From Eledone cirrhosa (Eukaryota), in assembly GCA_964016885.1 (NCBI GenBank), contig OZ024752.1, forward strand, positions 19,158,001-19,222,000: DNA of 64,000 nucleotides, in the 5' to 3' direction. The notes under the pieces were generated by a model that saw only the letters and a list, made by a program, of their open reading frames with translations, was not told the DNA's origin and made no database searches. Positions 39,140 through 52,048 of this stretch are shown here, in pieces. The position numbers and the translations under genes were made by a program. Each line of letters starts with the position of its first letter. Position 1 is the first letter of the stretch.

Positions 39140-41150
39140 CTAACCCTTTTGATACCAAACTGCCTGAAACTGCCCATGGTTCTACAATGCAAAACTGTTT
39201 GTTTTTAAGATGTTTATATTTATCTAAAAACCCTCCATTGAAATTTTATGTAAGAACTTTTGTTAAGTTATTTTCCAAACACTAGCTTAATAATGAGAAA
39301 CCTATATTACTAAATCCCTCCAGATTCTTGCTTATTTGAAAATCATAGGCAGTGTTTCATTTGAACTATGGTAACAAAAGGGTTAAGATATCGAATCTCA
39401 AGCTGTGAAATGTGTACTATGACTATTTCTATGAATATCTGATACTATGAAATGTGTACTATGACTATTTCTATGAATATCTGATACTATGAAATGTGTT
39501 CTATTACTATTTCACTGTTAATTTCAAGCTGTGAAATATGTACTATTACTATAAGTACTATTTACTATTTCTGTGTAAATAATTTCTATGGACAACTTCA
39601 TTGTTTTTCCTCACAAACTTTGAAACGAGGAAGAAAAAATCTCAAACTGTCTTTCATACAAATAACACATGCATACACACACACATGTTCACACACACAC
39701 ACACACATGCTCACACACACACACACTCACATGCTCACACACATAGAAAATAGAAATCTAAGCAAATTTTGATGCCAAAGTGATTCTATAGCTTAGTATT
39801 GACAATCAACATAAGAGTAACGCAACAAAAGTAATGACATTGGTCTGAAAACTTTAATAACCGTATATACTCATGTAATAGTGAAATTATTTAGTCTCTT
39901 TTTCATGTTAACCCTTTAGTTACCAACCTGGCCAAAACCAGCTCTGGTTCTACGAAATAAAGTCACCCATTTTAAAAATTTCCGTTTTAAATTAAAATCT
40001 TCCAGCATAATTTTATATAAGAATCTTACATTAACCCTTTAATGTTCAAACCGGCCAAAACCAGCCAGAATTCTCTACCTCTTTCTGTTGAAACTGGCTG
40101 TAACTAGTCGCTCAAACTGATATTAAGGTATTGTTCTCAAAATAAATACTTTCAAAATCTCATAGATTTGTATTATGTGAGATAATTATGCGAGGTAAAG
40201 CCTTTACCATGAAAATATAATAGTATATATAGAGTAATGTGAATGCTAAAGGGTTAAGTTACTATTTTAGTAATGAAATAATTAATAATTTTAGTAAATC
40301 TTTCAAAAGTCTTCATTAATTAATTAAAATAGAGGGTATTTCATTAAAAATCAAGTCATGAAAGGGTTAAATCATAAGTTACCAACCCGGCCAAAACCAG
40401 CTCTGGTTCAATGAATTAAAGTCACCCATTTTAAAGGTTTCTAATTTAAATTTAAATATCCCAACATAATTATATATAAGCCTTACATTAAGTTACTATC
40501 TTAGTAATGAAATAATTAGTAATTTTAATAAATCCTCAAAATTCTTCATTAATTAAATAAAGGGTATTTAATTAGAAATGCAGTCATGAAAGGGTTAAAC
40601 CTCAAGTTACCAACCTGGCCCAAACCAGCTCTGGTTCTATGAAATTAAACCTTACATTAAGTTACTATCTTTGTAATGAAATAATTAGTAATTTTAATAA
40701 ATCACCTCAAATTGTTCATTAATTAATTGAAACAGTGTATTTCATTAGAAATGCAGTCATGAAAGGGTTAAATGAATATAGTCAGCATGAGTACTACATT
40801 CTCACTACTGTCTAAAATATTCTCTCAAATAAGCAGAAGCCCAAATGGACTCTCAATGAATTTTAAATGAATCTGTAATAATACTGATATTTCTATGTAA
40901 CAAAAACACATCAGTTTATGTAGTCCTTACCACCAGAACATAATAGAGAAAAATTAATTTCCTCATTGTAACATTTATGTTTAAGCCTTCAGCATTTAAA
41001 CTGGCCGTATCTGGCCAGAATTCTCTCATCTCTTTCTGTTCAAACTGGCTGCTCTTACTGACGTTAAGGTATTGTTCTCAAAATAAATAACATCAAAATC
41101 TCATAGATTTGATATGTAAATATAGAGCAATGTAAATGCTAAAGAGTTAA
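39140..41150. mobile_element. Cluster of piggyBac-like MITEs downstream of the P3H stop
   Basis: 39140-39386; three tandem copies at 39908-40771 with a family 1 MITE nested at TTAA (40031-40257); 40981-41150. Confidence 0.8.
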
Positions 41151-41628
41151 GAAATACCTAATTCCCAAATGTTGATCTGTCATTCATGAAGAACTGGGGT
41201 CACCCTTTACATAAATAACATGGAAAAATCCAAAATTGAGGTCAGAAAATAGGGGCTCAACTGTTACCTGAGTATATACGGTATATATAAACTTCAATAT
41301 AAAATATGTATTGTATTGAATTTTATGCATAATGCTTGTTGTACGTGACATAAAAAAAAATGCATATATGTATGTATACATGTATATGTAGTACCTGTAT
41401 ATATGTATGTGTATGTTGCATGTATATATATGTATATATTAAATATGTAAATACATACATGTGTAGATATATTGACTATATACATACAGATATTGTGGAA
41501 CTGTATGGAAGAGGTGTATAGCTGAACAAATACATTTTGTTAAACTTGTTAATAATTCTCTTTGTTGTACAAACTAAAGAAAACATCAAATGATACAAAG
41601 ATGGATTTTATCAGAGTATTTTGTTCAA

Positions 41629-41675
41629 GAATAAATAATGGAAATTTATTAAAAAAATAATAAAATAAAATAAAC
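41629..41675 (+). terminator. Candidate P3H polyadenylation signals
   Basis: Cluster of AATAAA followed by T-rich sequence; other AATAAA occur upstream, so the assignment is tentative. Confidence 0.35.
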
Positions 41676-42296
41676 AAACACTAAATGTTATTTTTTAATG
41701 CGTGACTATTTATTGTCTATGAAAAATACATTTTATTCACCTGCATGAATATATCATCATTACTGTTTTACGTGCATTCTTCCACGCTAGCATGGGTTAG
41801 ACGAGTTGTCCTGTTGTGGGCATACAGAACTGATTTTGGCTTGACTTCTACAGCTGGATGCCCTTCCTAACACCAACCTTATTTACAGTGTTGGCTGGGT
41901 GTTTTATGTTGTAACATGACCACTTTACAGTAGGAGGGGTGAGGACACCATATATATGCTTCACCTTCGGCCTGTACCTGTCTGAAGTTGGGTCTTCTAT
42001 ATTACATAAATAGGGGCTGAATCCTAGAAATACTGCAATACCAGGCCAACCCGTGGCTAAGGCGGAGCAAGCCTCTCTCTTAATGTCGATGGTCCCATAT
42101 AAGGATCATATCAGATATTAAGCAGATAACAGATACTACACTTTGATCTTAACCGAATTGTAGCTGCCATACAGCAGGTATTATTTGAGTTGTTTGAGGA
42201 AATCACAAAGCACTGAATGGAGTGAGAAATTAATACATTATCATCAAGAGTAAACACAACAGTTAAAAAGTGACACCACGAAAAACAAGTGAAGGC

Positions 42297-43290
42297 AGTG
42301 ACCAAACCTATACAACAACTGTGACCAAACATATACAACTACTGTGACCAAACATATACAACTACTGTGACCAAACATATACAACAACTGTGACCAAACA
42401 TATACCACAACAACTGTGACCAAACATACCACAACAACTGTGACCAAACATAAACCACAACAACTGTGACCAAACATATACCACAACTGTGACCAAACAT
42501 ATACCACAACTGTGACCAAACATATACCACAACAACTGACACCAAACATATACCACAACAACTGTCACCAAACATATACCACAACAACTGTGACCAAACA
42601 TAAACCACAACAACTGTCACCAAACATATACAACAACTGTCACCAAACATATACCACAACAACTGTGACCACACATATACCACAACTGTCACCAAACATA
42701 TACCACAACAACTGTGACCAAACATATACCACAACTGTCACCAAACATATACCACAACAATTGTGACCAAACATATACCACAACAACGACTGTGACCAAA
42801 CATATACCACAACAACATCTGTGACCAAACATACCACAACTGTGACCAAACATATACCACAACAACTGACCAAACATATACCACATCAGTGACCAAACAT
42901 ATACCACAACATCTGTGACCAAACATATACCACAACTGTCACCAAACATATACCACAACAACTGTCACCAAACATATACCACAACAACTGAGACCAAACA
43001 TATACCACAACAACTGAGACCAAACATATACCACAACAACTGTGACCACACATATACCACAACTGTGACCAAACATATACCACAACAACTGTCACCAAAC
43101 ATATACCACAACTGTCACCAAACATATACCACAACAACTGTCACCAAACATATACCACAACAACTGTCACCAAACATATACCACAACAACTGAGACCAAA
43201 CATATACCACAACAACTGTGACCACACATATACCACAACTGTGACCAAACATATACCACAACAACTGTCACCAAACATATACCACAACAA
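42297..43290. repeat. ~23-29-bp minisatellite (GTGACCAAACATATACCACAACAACT)
   Basis: Roughly 40 length-variable copies. Confidence 0.92.
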
Positions 43291-43335
43291 TAATAAATAC
43301 GTATATATAAATGCATTCATGAGTTTTATATTGAA

Positions 43336-44114
43336 CTAGCAGAATGGCCCGGCGTTGCTCAGGATTTGCTATAGTGTTCTTATATATTTGATATATATTT
43401 ATCCTTATCGAACCTCGTGAAATAAATACGTTTGTTTATATTTTGTTATTGTGTATGCAAAAATATCTGTCCATAAATATATAATTATATATATATATAT
43501 ATATTAAAATAACAGACTAAAGTTTAAATTAAAGAATCACTGCTTTCACCCTTAACGGGATATTCTACCTAAAAGCAGTATGAAGTACATACACTAAGAC
43601 TAATTGATGTAATCTTTGGCCTTGTTTGTTTATATTTTGTTTTTGTGTGTGCAAAATTATCTGTACACGAATATCTATATTAAAATAACATATTAATGTT
43701 TAAGCAAAGAATCGCTGCTTTCAACCTTAACGGGATCTTCTTAAACTAAAAAAATCAATCTGGAAAACAGGAAGACGATACTTTGGTTCGTGAAGACGTT
43801 CCCTGGCATAAGAATATATATACACACACACAGTGATCGCGTCATAATGACGTAATGCAGACAGACAGGCATACAGACAGATATTATGAAGGCGCGACGT
43901 CATATCTATGTATCTATCTAAAAAGAGAAAGAGAAAGAGATCGCTAAATCGCCTAATGCGGTCCCTAGGTCATTGAAAATTTGAAATCTTTTTTGCTCAA
44001 AACACTTCCGGGGTCATACGAGTTACATGTATAAAGTTTGAAAAAAACCGGTTGGGTACTTTTCGAGTTTTAGGGAAACAGACACACAGACATCCTCTGT
44101 TTTATATATATAGA
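43336..44114 (-). mobile_element. Non-autonomous Helitron
   Basis: Minus strand starts A|TCTATATATATAAAAC and ends CCTGAGCAACGCCGGG (hairpin)-CCATTCTG-CTAG|T; inserted between A and T. Confidence 0.85.
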
Positions 44115-44151
44115 TAATAGTATTATTAATATTGTGTTGTCTTAGAGTACA

Positions 44152-44166
44152 ACGCCCCCTGGCGAG
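44152..44166 (-). promoter_or_regulatory. CTCF-like motif
   Basis: Minus strand TCGCCAGGGGGCGT resembles the CTCF core CCACCAGGGGGCGC; motif match only. Confidence 0.3.
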
Positions 44167-44215
44167 ATTGGGCTGGACAACTACATATGAATAGTAGCGG
44201 CCTGCGTAAGTGGAC

Positions 44216-46115
44216 AAGTTGGTACTAGTTCCACACTTGGTGTGTTGATAGTCAAAGTTGGTACTAGTTCCACAGTTGGTGTGTTGATAGTCAAATTTGG
44301 TGCTAGTGCCACTGTTCGTATGTTGATAGTCAAAGTTGATACTAGTTCTACAGTTGGTGTGTTTATAGTCAAAGTTGATACTAGTTCTACAGTTGGTGTG
44401 TTTATAGTCAAAGTTGGTACTAGTTCCACAGTTGGTGTGTTGATAGTCAAAGTTGGTACTAGTTCCACAGTTGGTGTGTTGATAGTCAAAATTGGTACTA
44501 GTTCCACAGTTGGTGTGTTGATAGTCAAAATTGATACTAGTGCCATAGTTGGTGTGTTGATAGTCAAAGTTGATACTAGTTCCACAGTTGGTGTGTTTAT
44601 AGTCAAAGTTGGTACTAGTTCCACAGTTGGTGTGTTGATAGTCAAAGTTGGTACTAGTTCCACAGTTGGTGTGTTTATAGTCAAAGTTGGTACTGGTTCC
44701 ACAGTTGGTGTGTTGATAGTCAAAGTTGGTACTAGTTCCACAGTTGGTGTGTTGATAGTCAAAGTTGGTACTAGTTCCACAGTTGGTGTGTTGATAGTCA
44801 AAGTTGGTACTAGTTCCACAGTTGGTGTGTTGATAGTCAATGTTGGTACTAGTTCCACAGTTGGTGTGTTGATAGTCAAAGTTGATACTAGTTCTACAGT
44901 TGGTGTGTTTATAGTCAATGTTGGTACTAGTTCCACAGTTGGTGTGTTGATTGTCAAAGTTGGTACTAGTTCCACAGTTCGTGTGTCGATAGTCAAAGTT
45001 GGTACTAGTTCCACAGTTCGTGTGTTGATAGTCAAAGTTGGTACTAGTTTCGCAGTTTGTGTGTCGATAGTCAAAGTTGATACTAGTTCTACAGTTGGTG
45101 TGTTTATAGTCAAAGTTGGTACTAGTTCCACAGTTGGTGTGTTGATAGTCAATGTTGGTACTAGTTCCACAGTTGGTGTGTTTATAGTCAAAGTTGATAC
45201 TAGTTCCACAGTTGGTGTGTTTATAGTCAAAGTTGGTACTAGTTCCACAGTTGGTGTGTTGATATTCAAAGTTGGTACTAGTTCCACAGTTCGTGTGTCG
45301 ATAGTCAAAGTTGGTACTAGTTTCGCAGTTCGTGTGTCGATAGTCAAATTTGGTACTAGTTCCATAGTTGGTGTGTTGATAGTGAAAGTTGGTACTAGTT
45401 CTACAATTGGTGTGTTTATAGTCAAAGTTGGTACTAGTTTCGCAGTTCGTGTGTCGATAGTCAAATTTGGTACTAGTTCCATAGTTGGTGTGTTTATAGT
45501 CAAAGTTGGTACTAGTTCTACAGTTGGTGTGTTTATAGTCAAAGTTGATACTAGTTCCACAGTTCGTGTGTCGATAGTCAAATTTGGTACTAGTTCCACA
45601 GTTGGTATGTTGATAGTCAAAGTTGGTACTAGTTCCACAGTTGGTGTGTTGATAGTCAAAGCTGGTACTAGTTCCATAGTTGGTGTGTTGATAGTCAAAT
45701 TTGGTACTAGTTCCACAGTTCATGTGTTGATAGTCAAATTTGGTACTGATTCCACAGTTGGTGTGTTGATAGTCAAAGTTGGTACTAGTTCCACAGTTGG
45801 TGTGTTGATAGTCAAAGTTGGTACTAGTTCCACAGTTGGTGTGTTGATAGTCAAAGTTGGTACTAGTTCCGCAGTTTGTGTGTCGATAGTCAAAGTTGGT
45901 ACTAGTTCCACAGTTCGTGTGTTGATAGTCAAAGTTGGTACTAGTTCCGCAGTTCGTGTGTTGATAGTCAAAGTTGGTACTAGTTCCGCAGTTTGTGTGT
46001 CGATAGTCAAAGTTGGTACTAGTTCCACAGTTCGTGTGTTGATAGTCAAAGTTGGTACTAGTTCCACAGTTGGTGTGTCAATAGTCAAAGTTGATACTAG
46101 TTCCACAGTTGATGT
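44216..46115. repeat. 39-bp minisatellite (~49 copies, long open frames on both strands)
   Basis: Unit GTTGGTACTAGTTCCACAGTTGGTGTGTTGATAGTCAAA. Confidence 0.95.
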
Positions 46116-46701
46116 GTTGGATTGTTGGTTCTTAAAAGATTGTTGTTCTGTTACGTTAGTTTCCATTAAATTGTTATTACACTGTTGCAGTGTATTCGTT
46201 TATCCATAAGGACATAAGAGATTCATTTGCAAGCCTTATAATGCCATGTGTTTTACACGACCATTATCATCCTTTGCGTCTGGCGGTAGCATAGAGAAAA
46301 AAATGACAATTGTTTCGGGGTTATTGCCCATTATCAAGATCGTGTATCTCCTTTTCTTGCTAGACACTAGAACTCTTGAGAATGTAGTACTCTCTAAAGC
46401 CTACATCGGCTGATTAGCTTAATTTGCATACCAAGAGAATTTTGTTTTCACTCTAACCTAGCAGATTCATAAATGCATTCGTGAGTTTTATATTGAATAA
46501 TAATAATAATTGTTTCTACTTTTGGCACAAGGCCAGCAATTATCCCAGTGCATTACTGGTACTTTATTTTATCGATAAGGATGAAATGTAAAGTTAACCT
46601 TAGCAGGATTTGAGCTCAATAATATTATATGATATATACACAACACGCAAAAACAAGATGGTGTAGGACAGAACAAATGAGGGACACAAAGTAAGGAATC
46701 A

Positions 46702-46742
46702 GTCACTGAGGAAGTCACAATGTGTGATGAAAGGGCTTTGAC
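46702..46742 (+). ncRNA. Minimal hammerhead-like motif
   Basis: GTCA-CTGAGGA-A-GTCACA ATG TGTGAT-GAAA-GGGCTT-TGAC; decayed relative at 29862-29905. Confidence 0.5.
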
Positions 46743-46782
46743 AATATATAAACAACCTTTTGGTTATTGTCAGTGAAGATAG

Positions 46783-47095
46783 GTGTGTGTGTCAGTAGAG
46801 ATGTGTGTGTATATCAGTGGAGATATGTGTCAGTGGAGATATGTGTGTGTGTGTGTGTCAGTAGAGATATGTGTGTGTGTATCAGTGGAGATATGTGTCA
46901 GTAGAGATATGTATGTGTGTCAGTGGAGATATGTGTGTGTGTATCAGTGGAGATATGTGTCAGTAGAGATGTGTGTGTGTGTCAATAGGGATATGTGTGT
47001 GTGTGTCAGTGGAGATATGTGTGTGTCTGTAGAGATATGTGTGTGTGTGTGTCAGTAGAGATACGGTGTGTGTGTATGTGTGTGTTACTGAGATA
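46783..47095. repeat. GTCAGT(G/A)GAGATAT-(GT)n composite repeat
   Basis: Short core repeated with variable GT spacers. Confidence 0.8.
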
Positions 47096-47244
47096 TTTCT
47101 TTGGTGTACCACAAGAGTCTTTTATACACTTAAGATATCCAATATTTGCAAAAAATGCAAGACTTTTGTGGTTATGAAAATGGAAAATGAAGGGAAAGGC
47201 AAGGGCTGTAGTGTCACAGAAGAATGGGAAGTTGAAGGGGGAGG

Positions 47245-47700
47245 GTAGTGGACTCTAGGCCTAGGGCACAACGATATTGGGTCTGCGTCCCGCAGACAGT
47301 GGCCAGCGACACCCACTGCAATAGCCACCCCACCCCACCGGGCTCCTTTCTCAGACGGGTTGTTGACGTTCCGATCTTGCGGAGGAGCTCAGCAGTACGG
47401 GGTCCAAGTACGCCTGTAGTCTCGACGGCGACCGGAGCAGAGAGGAAGCGACCGGACATTCTCCGGTTTATCTTCTTTTCCTCTGCATAGCGAACTGCAG
47501 TACCGGGGTTTGTGGCTGAAGCGACTAAGTTGGAAGCGGAGAACATGTCACATGTGGCGTCCCAGATTAGGGATCTACCTCCTTCGAATTGGCTCCAGTT
47601 GTGATGGGAAGCCAGATGCGTCCAGGCTCCTTCTCAATATGTCGTTGAGAGTGGCATGTCAGAGAAACTGGCCTGTTTTCTGGCAGCAAGACACTGGCTG
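47245..47700 (-). mobile_element. CRE-like non-LTR retrotransposon 3' fragment (restriction-like endonuclease)
   Basis: HATLNDILRRSLDASGFPSQLEP, IWDATC, AEEKK, PVAVETTGVLG; with deletions. Confidence 0.75.
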
Positions 47701-47846
47701 CAGGCCGAACTTGTATATATTTACAATCCCATTGGAGCAAGACCATTTCTGGTCAGACGTAGAGAATAGAATTAAATTTAAAATATGACATTATTCTCTG
47801 TAAGAGCTTAAATAAAGTGCAGTCAAGCAATTATAATATATATATA

Positions 47847-49102
47847 CAGGTTGTGGACGATATTTGTTCGCAATTTTCAACTGCTAATTTTATGCAAATT
47901 TTTTTTACTTCCGTTCTCACTCTTGTCTTCATAAAAACAGTGACTATATTTCCATTATTTATTTTCAGAATAATTGATTATGAATAATTTTGAACCTCCA
48001 AATTTGTGGAAGAGACACAAAGTTCTTCTTGGAATCTGCGCCGGGAGGACAAATAAGGAAATTTCAGACTTTCTCAGCGTCAGCAGGAGAATGGTGGAAA
48101 AGGTTAGAAAGGAATTGGAAGATTCAGGATTCGACTACGAAGCAACATCAGAGAGGAAAACGCATGATCGACGATCTGATGCCTTCAGAACGCCCAAGTC
48201 CGTTGCTGAAGTTCAGGATTTCATCAACAATGAACCTAGCAAGTCGATGCGTGCCATTGCAAGGGAGAAAGGCGTGGATGAAAATCTCATTAAGCTGGTA
48301 GTTTCATACAAGATGACGAAAGGACAATTTCTGTCAAAGGCGATGCAAGAAAAGCGACTGAAGCACGCAAAGAAGCTGATCAACAAGTTGAAACACCCAC
48401 TGGAGCCAGACATGCTGTAGTTTTTCTCCGACGACAAAAACTTCTGCCAAGACCAGAAGATCAACTCCCAGAACAACAGGTGGCTCGCTGTCTCATCCAG
48501 AGTCATGCAGACAAAGTTTCCAGCAACAACATTGGTCTTAGGTGTCATCAGCAGTCAAGGTGACGTCATGCCACCTCACTTCTTCCCTGAGGGCCTCAAG
48601 CTGAACACCGATGGCTACATCCGCATTCTGAGCGAGATAGCCCTGGATCAACCAGGTAGCTGCAGGTAGGCCATACGTGTGGCAGCAAGACTCAGCACCC
48701 TGCCATACCAGCCGAAAGACCCAAGCCTGGCTGTCAGAGAACTTTGTCAACCACACTTCACCTGACATCTGGCCTCCCAGCTTGCCTGACTGCAACCCCC
48801 TTGACTTCTTTGTGTGGGGTGCAGTGGAACGAGACTCCAACAGATCTAGCTGCAATACGAAAGACGATCTGAAGGCCAGGATCACAAGTGCCTTTAGGGG
48901 CCTAAGTCGGGGGACAGTAGCCGGTTCCGAGGCCGCCTTGAGGCTGTCATCAAAACCAATGGCGGATTTATCAAGTGAGATCGAAAGAACAAGTCATGAA
49001 GACAAACTGACCCAAGTTTGATAAATATATTTTAAAAAATAAAACTACTGTGTTATTTTTTCCTCGACAGTAATCTTGCGAACAAAAATCGTCCACACCC
49101 CT
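47847..49102 (+). mobile_element. Tc1/mariner maT (DD37D) transposon, near full length, disabled
   Basis: TA-flanked TIRs; HTH region, FFSDDK, WQQDSAPCH-...-WPPSLPDCNPLD with 37 residues between the last two Asp; stop at 48420 and frameshifts. Confidence 0.92.
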
Positions 49103-49124
49103 TATATATATATAGAGAGAGACA

Positions 49125-49440
49125 CATGGCTTAGTGCAATCGAAAGGTTGTGAGTTCAATTCTCAGACCGGGTGATGTGTTGTTTCCTTGAGCAAGACAC
49201 TTTATTTCACATTGCTCCAGTTTACTCAGCTGTAGAAATGAGATGATAGGGACTGGGGTCCCTATCATTCCACTGCAAAGTGGTCGTGGAGGTGCCACGG
49301 CAAAAAAGCACCCAGCACTCACTGTAAATGAGGTTGAGGCTAGGAAGGGCATCCAGCTGTAGAAATCAAGCCAGAATCAGTTCCCGTCCCACCCCTGCAA
49401 GCAGGGAAAAGTGGACATAAAATGAAATGATGATGATGAT
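49125..49440 (+). mobile_element. SINE with tRNA/CORE-like head and RTE family A tail
   Basis: GAGTTCAATTCTC, TCCTTGAGCAAGACACTTTA, then AGGAAGGGCATCCAGCTGTAGAAA...(GAT)n. Confidence 0.8.
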
Positions 49441-51535
49441 GGAAGGAGTAAAGGTCGATGTAGAAGTGCAATAAATGCATTCGGTGACAGGTCCTGGCTT
49501 ACTTGCCAGACAAGCTGAAGGTTGCAACTGGGTTTCCATACCACCCACCTATTCACTGCTATCGGGGTGGAGTTGACCGCCAGCAACGGTAAGCCCCTTA
49601 AAGTGAACCGTCTTTTTTTCAAACCTATAGCTGTTGTGTATGTCATATTGTCCCCATACCACCTCCAGGGCTGGACTTTCACCTGCTGAGACCCTAAGTT
49701 ATATGAAATTTGAGGCCTTTCTCTAAAACATTTTCGAGTAAAAAAGTTTAAAATAATTATAAATGATTATTATTTTATGTATTAATCTCGCCGAGGTTAA
49801 CTTTGACTTTCATCCTTACGGGGTCGATAAAATAAAGTACCAGTAATACATTCTGAGGAGAGACAGACGCTGGTCGTAAATGTCTCGTTAAATCTAGCAG
49901 AAAGATTCCATAACCTGGATGAGTTGAAAACTAATACAAGAGCTCGGAACTGTGTAAAGATGGATTTAGAAGATTTGATGAGTTGTTTAGATATTGTACA
50001 TATTATCATTCAAATGTTTATTTACATTGTTAAACTTCAATGTTTAATGTGTTGTTTTGTATTTTTCAAGAATGTTTTCCTAAATGTGGATTCATGTGGT
50101 ACAGGATATTAAGAATTAATTAGCTCCCATGATTCACAGGTTGGCCAATACTTATTGCTGCTTTCTATGGCAATCAGGGGAGAAATCCTCCCTAAAATAA
50201 CATCATTCTGTTGCCATCAACTTGAACTCAGAACTGTAAGTTTACAGTCCTGTTGTTATTTACATTAATGAATTGTACTCCAGCTACTGTATTTATTTAC
50301 AGCTAAGTGGACTGAGTTATTGAGAGCCAACAGCACTAAATAAGCTTTTCTCCTGAATCCATTTTGATACCAAACCACAATATAAATCTTCCATCATAAT
50401 TTTATCTATGAACTTTTAAGTAATTTTCGAAACACCAGATTAATAACAACAAAATTAGTTATATTTCTAAGTCCCTCCGAATTCCTGATTATTTTCTAAA
50501 TGATTTAAAAATCATAGGCAGTGTCTTTCCTTAGAAATATAGTAATGAAAGGATTAAACGAATGAGATGTTGGTTTAATAATATAACGGCTTAATTCTAA
50601 GCTGAATTAGTCAAGTCAACATTCCTTCAGCCTTCTTGGGAGAATAGGATCAAAATGCATAATACGTTAGATATTATATCAGCTAAATATTTAGTGTGAA
50701 ACTATAAATTATTTAGCAAGTTCTGTCTCTTTATAACCTCTAAAACAATAAAAAAAAAAAGAACAAATACTTCCCTGACTACTCAACAAATTACTTCATA
50801 GCTGACATAAACAGTTTTATTGCAGCAAGGAATTTCTAGGATTACTCTGCTTAACATTTTTAGTTACCTACTCTCTTATGAACCTAATTATAGATAACAC
50901 TATAGCTATAACTACTGACATACTATAGACTTACTATGAACACAAACTACAGATCTACTCTCTAATGGACCTAATGGTAGACATACTATAGCTATAACAG
51001 AAAAAGAGTATCAAAGAAGTGATCAAAGGTTGAGGAGCACTGAAATGGGAGTGTGTGATAGGAAAACCAAATATACTAATATATCATATCTACTGACTCC
51101 GCCCTCCCCCCACAGGCTCCCGTGCCCCCCTCACCCCGGGAGGGGGGAGTGCACACTTTGAGAACTGCTGTTTTAGACCTATGATTAATTAACCTTTGGT
51201 TTCTAGGACAGGGTAAAATTTCCAGTCTCCTCCTATGCCAGGATATACAGAAATCTGTTGTTAATCATCATCATTGTTTAACGTCCATCTTCCATGCTAG
51301 CATGGGTAGGACAGGCTGTCCCTTTGTGAGGGATCAGGTCGGGGGACTGTGATTCGCTCACACAGAACTGATTTAGCTTGGTTTTTACAGCTGGATGCTT
51401 TTTGTTGTGTCACCTACATGACCACTTTACAGTGCGAACTATAATGATAAATACAAAACAAAGATTAGATATAATAAATAGTTTTATTGTAACAAATAAT
51501 ACATAAATAAAAAGAGGTAAAATATTAATCCAAAT

Positions 51536-51907
51536 CTAGTTTCTTTTGTATTTTAACTGTTTTTGCCGCACTGACAAACCATAATCACATTCAGGTGTAT
51601 CAGGGACTAGAATTTTGCCACAGTCTTTTTTCTTTGGACTATTTAGAAAGAGATACCATGGGTATGTTTCTTTAGGAGTTCTAAAGTTTTGACTGATCAC
51701 AGCGTTTTCTATGTTTGATAATGACTGACAGTTTTGAAAAGCAACACAAGATTTTGGTTTCACAAATTGCAGAGATTCATATCTGTTGGGTTCTTTAGAA
51801 CAGGCGTTTTCTGAAGAAGTAGTTGGTTTGGGGTTTTTCTTTCTCAGTTTTTTATTTGGTAGTTTTTTAGTTGGTAGATCTTTAATACCAGTAAATTGAG
51901 GTGACAC
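51536..51907 (-). CDS. RHNO1: RHNO1/RHINO-like protein, last coding exon
   Basis: atag|VSPQF...ILVPDTPECDYGLSVRQKQLKYKRN*, resembling the RHINO motifs WVSPxF and VLVxDTPExxYG; AATAAA ~50 nt downstream at 51483-51488. Confidence 0.82.
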   Translation of the reverse strand: MSPQFTGIKDLPTKKLPNKKLRKKNPKPTTSSENACSKEPNRYESLQFVKPKSCVAFQNCQSLSNIENAVISQNFRTPKETYPWYLFLNSPKKKDCGKILVPDTPECDYGLSVRQKQLKYKRN

Positions 51908-52048
51908 CTATATATAGAGAGAGATGAAAATATATGAGGACGTTGTTCAAATGAAGAAAGAAAAGGCATTAGAAAATAAAAAAATAAAAAAATTTGATAA
52001 CTCTTGATCTACAACAAATGCAATGGTATGAAGGAAGAGGGCTGACCT

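Noticed and set aside
42111-43193. Cys/Val/Trp-rich ORFs resembling keratin-associated or metallothionein-like proteins
   Set aside because: Length-variable minisatellite with constant frame switching.
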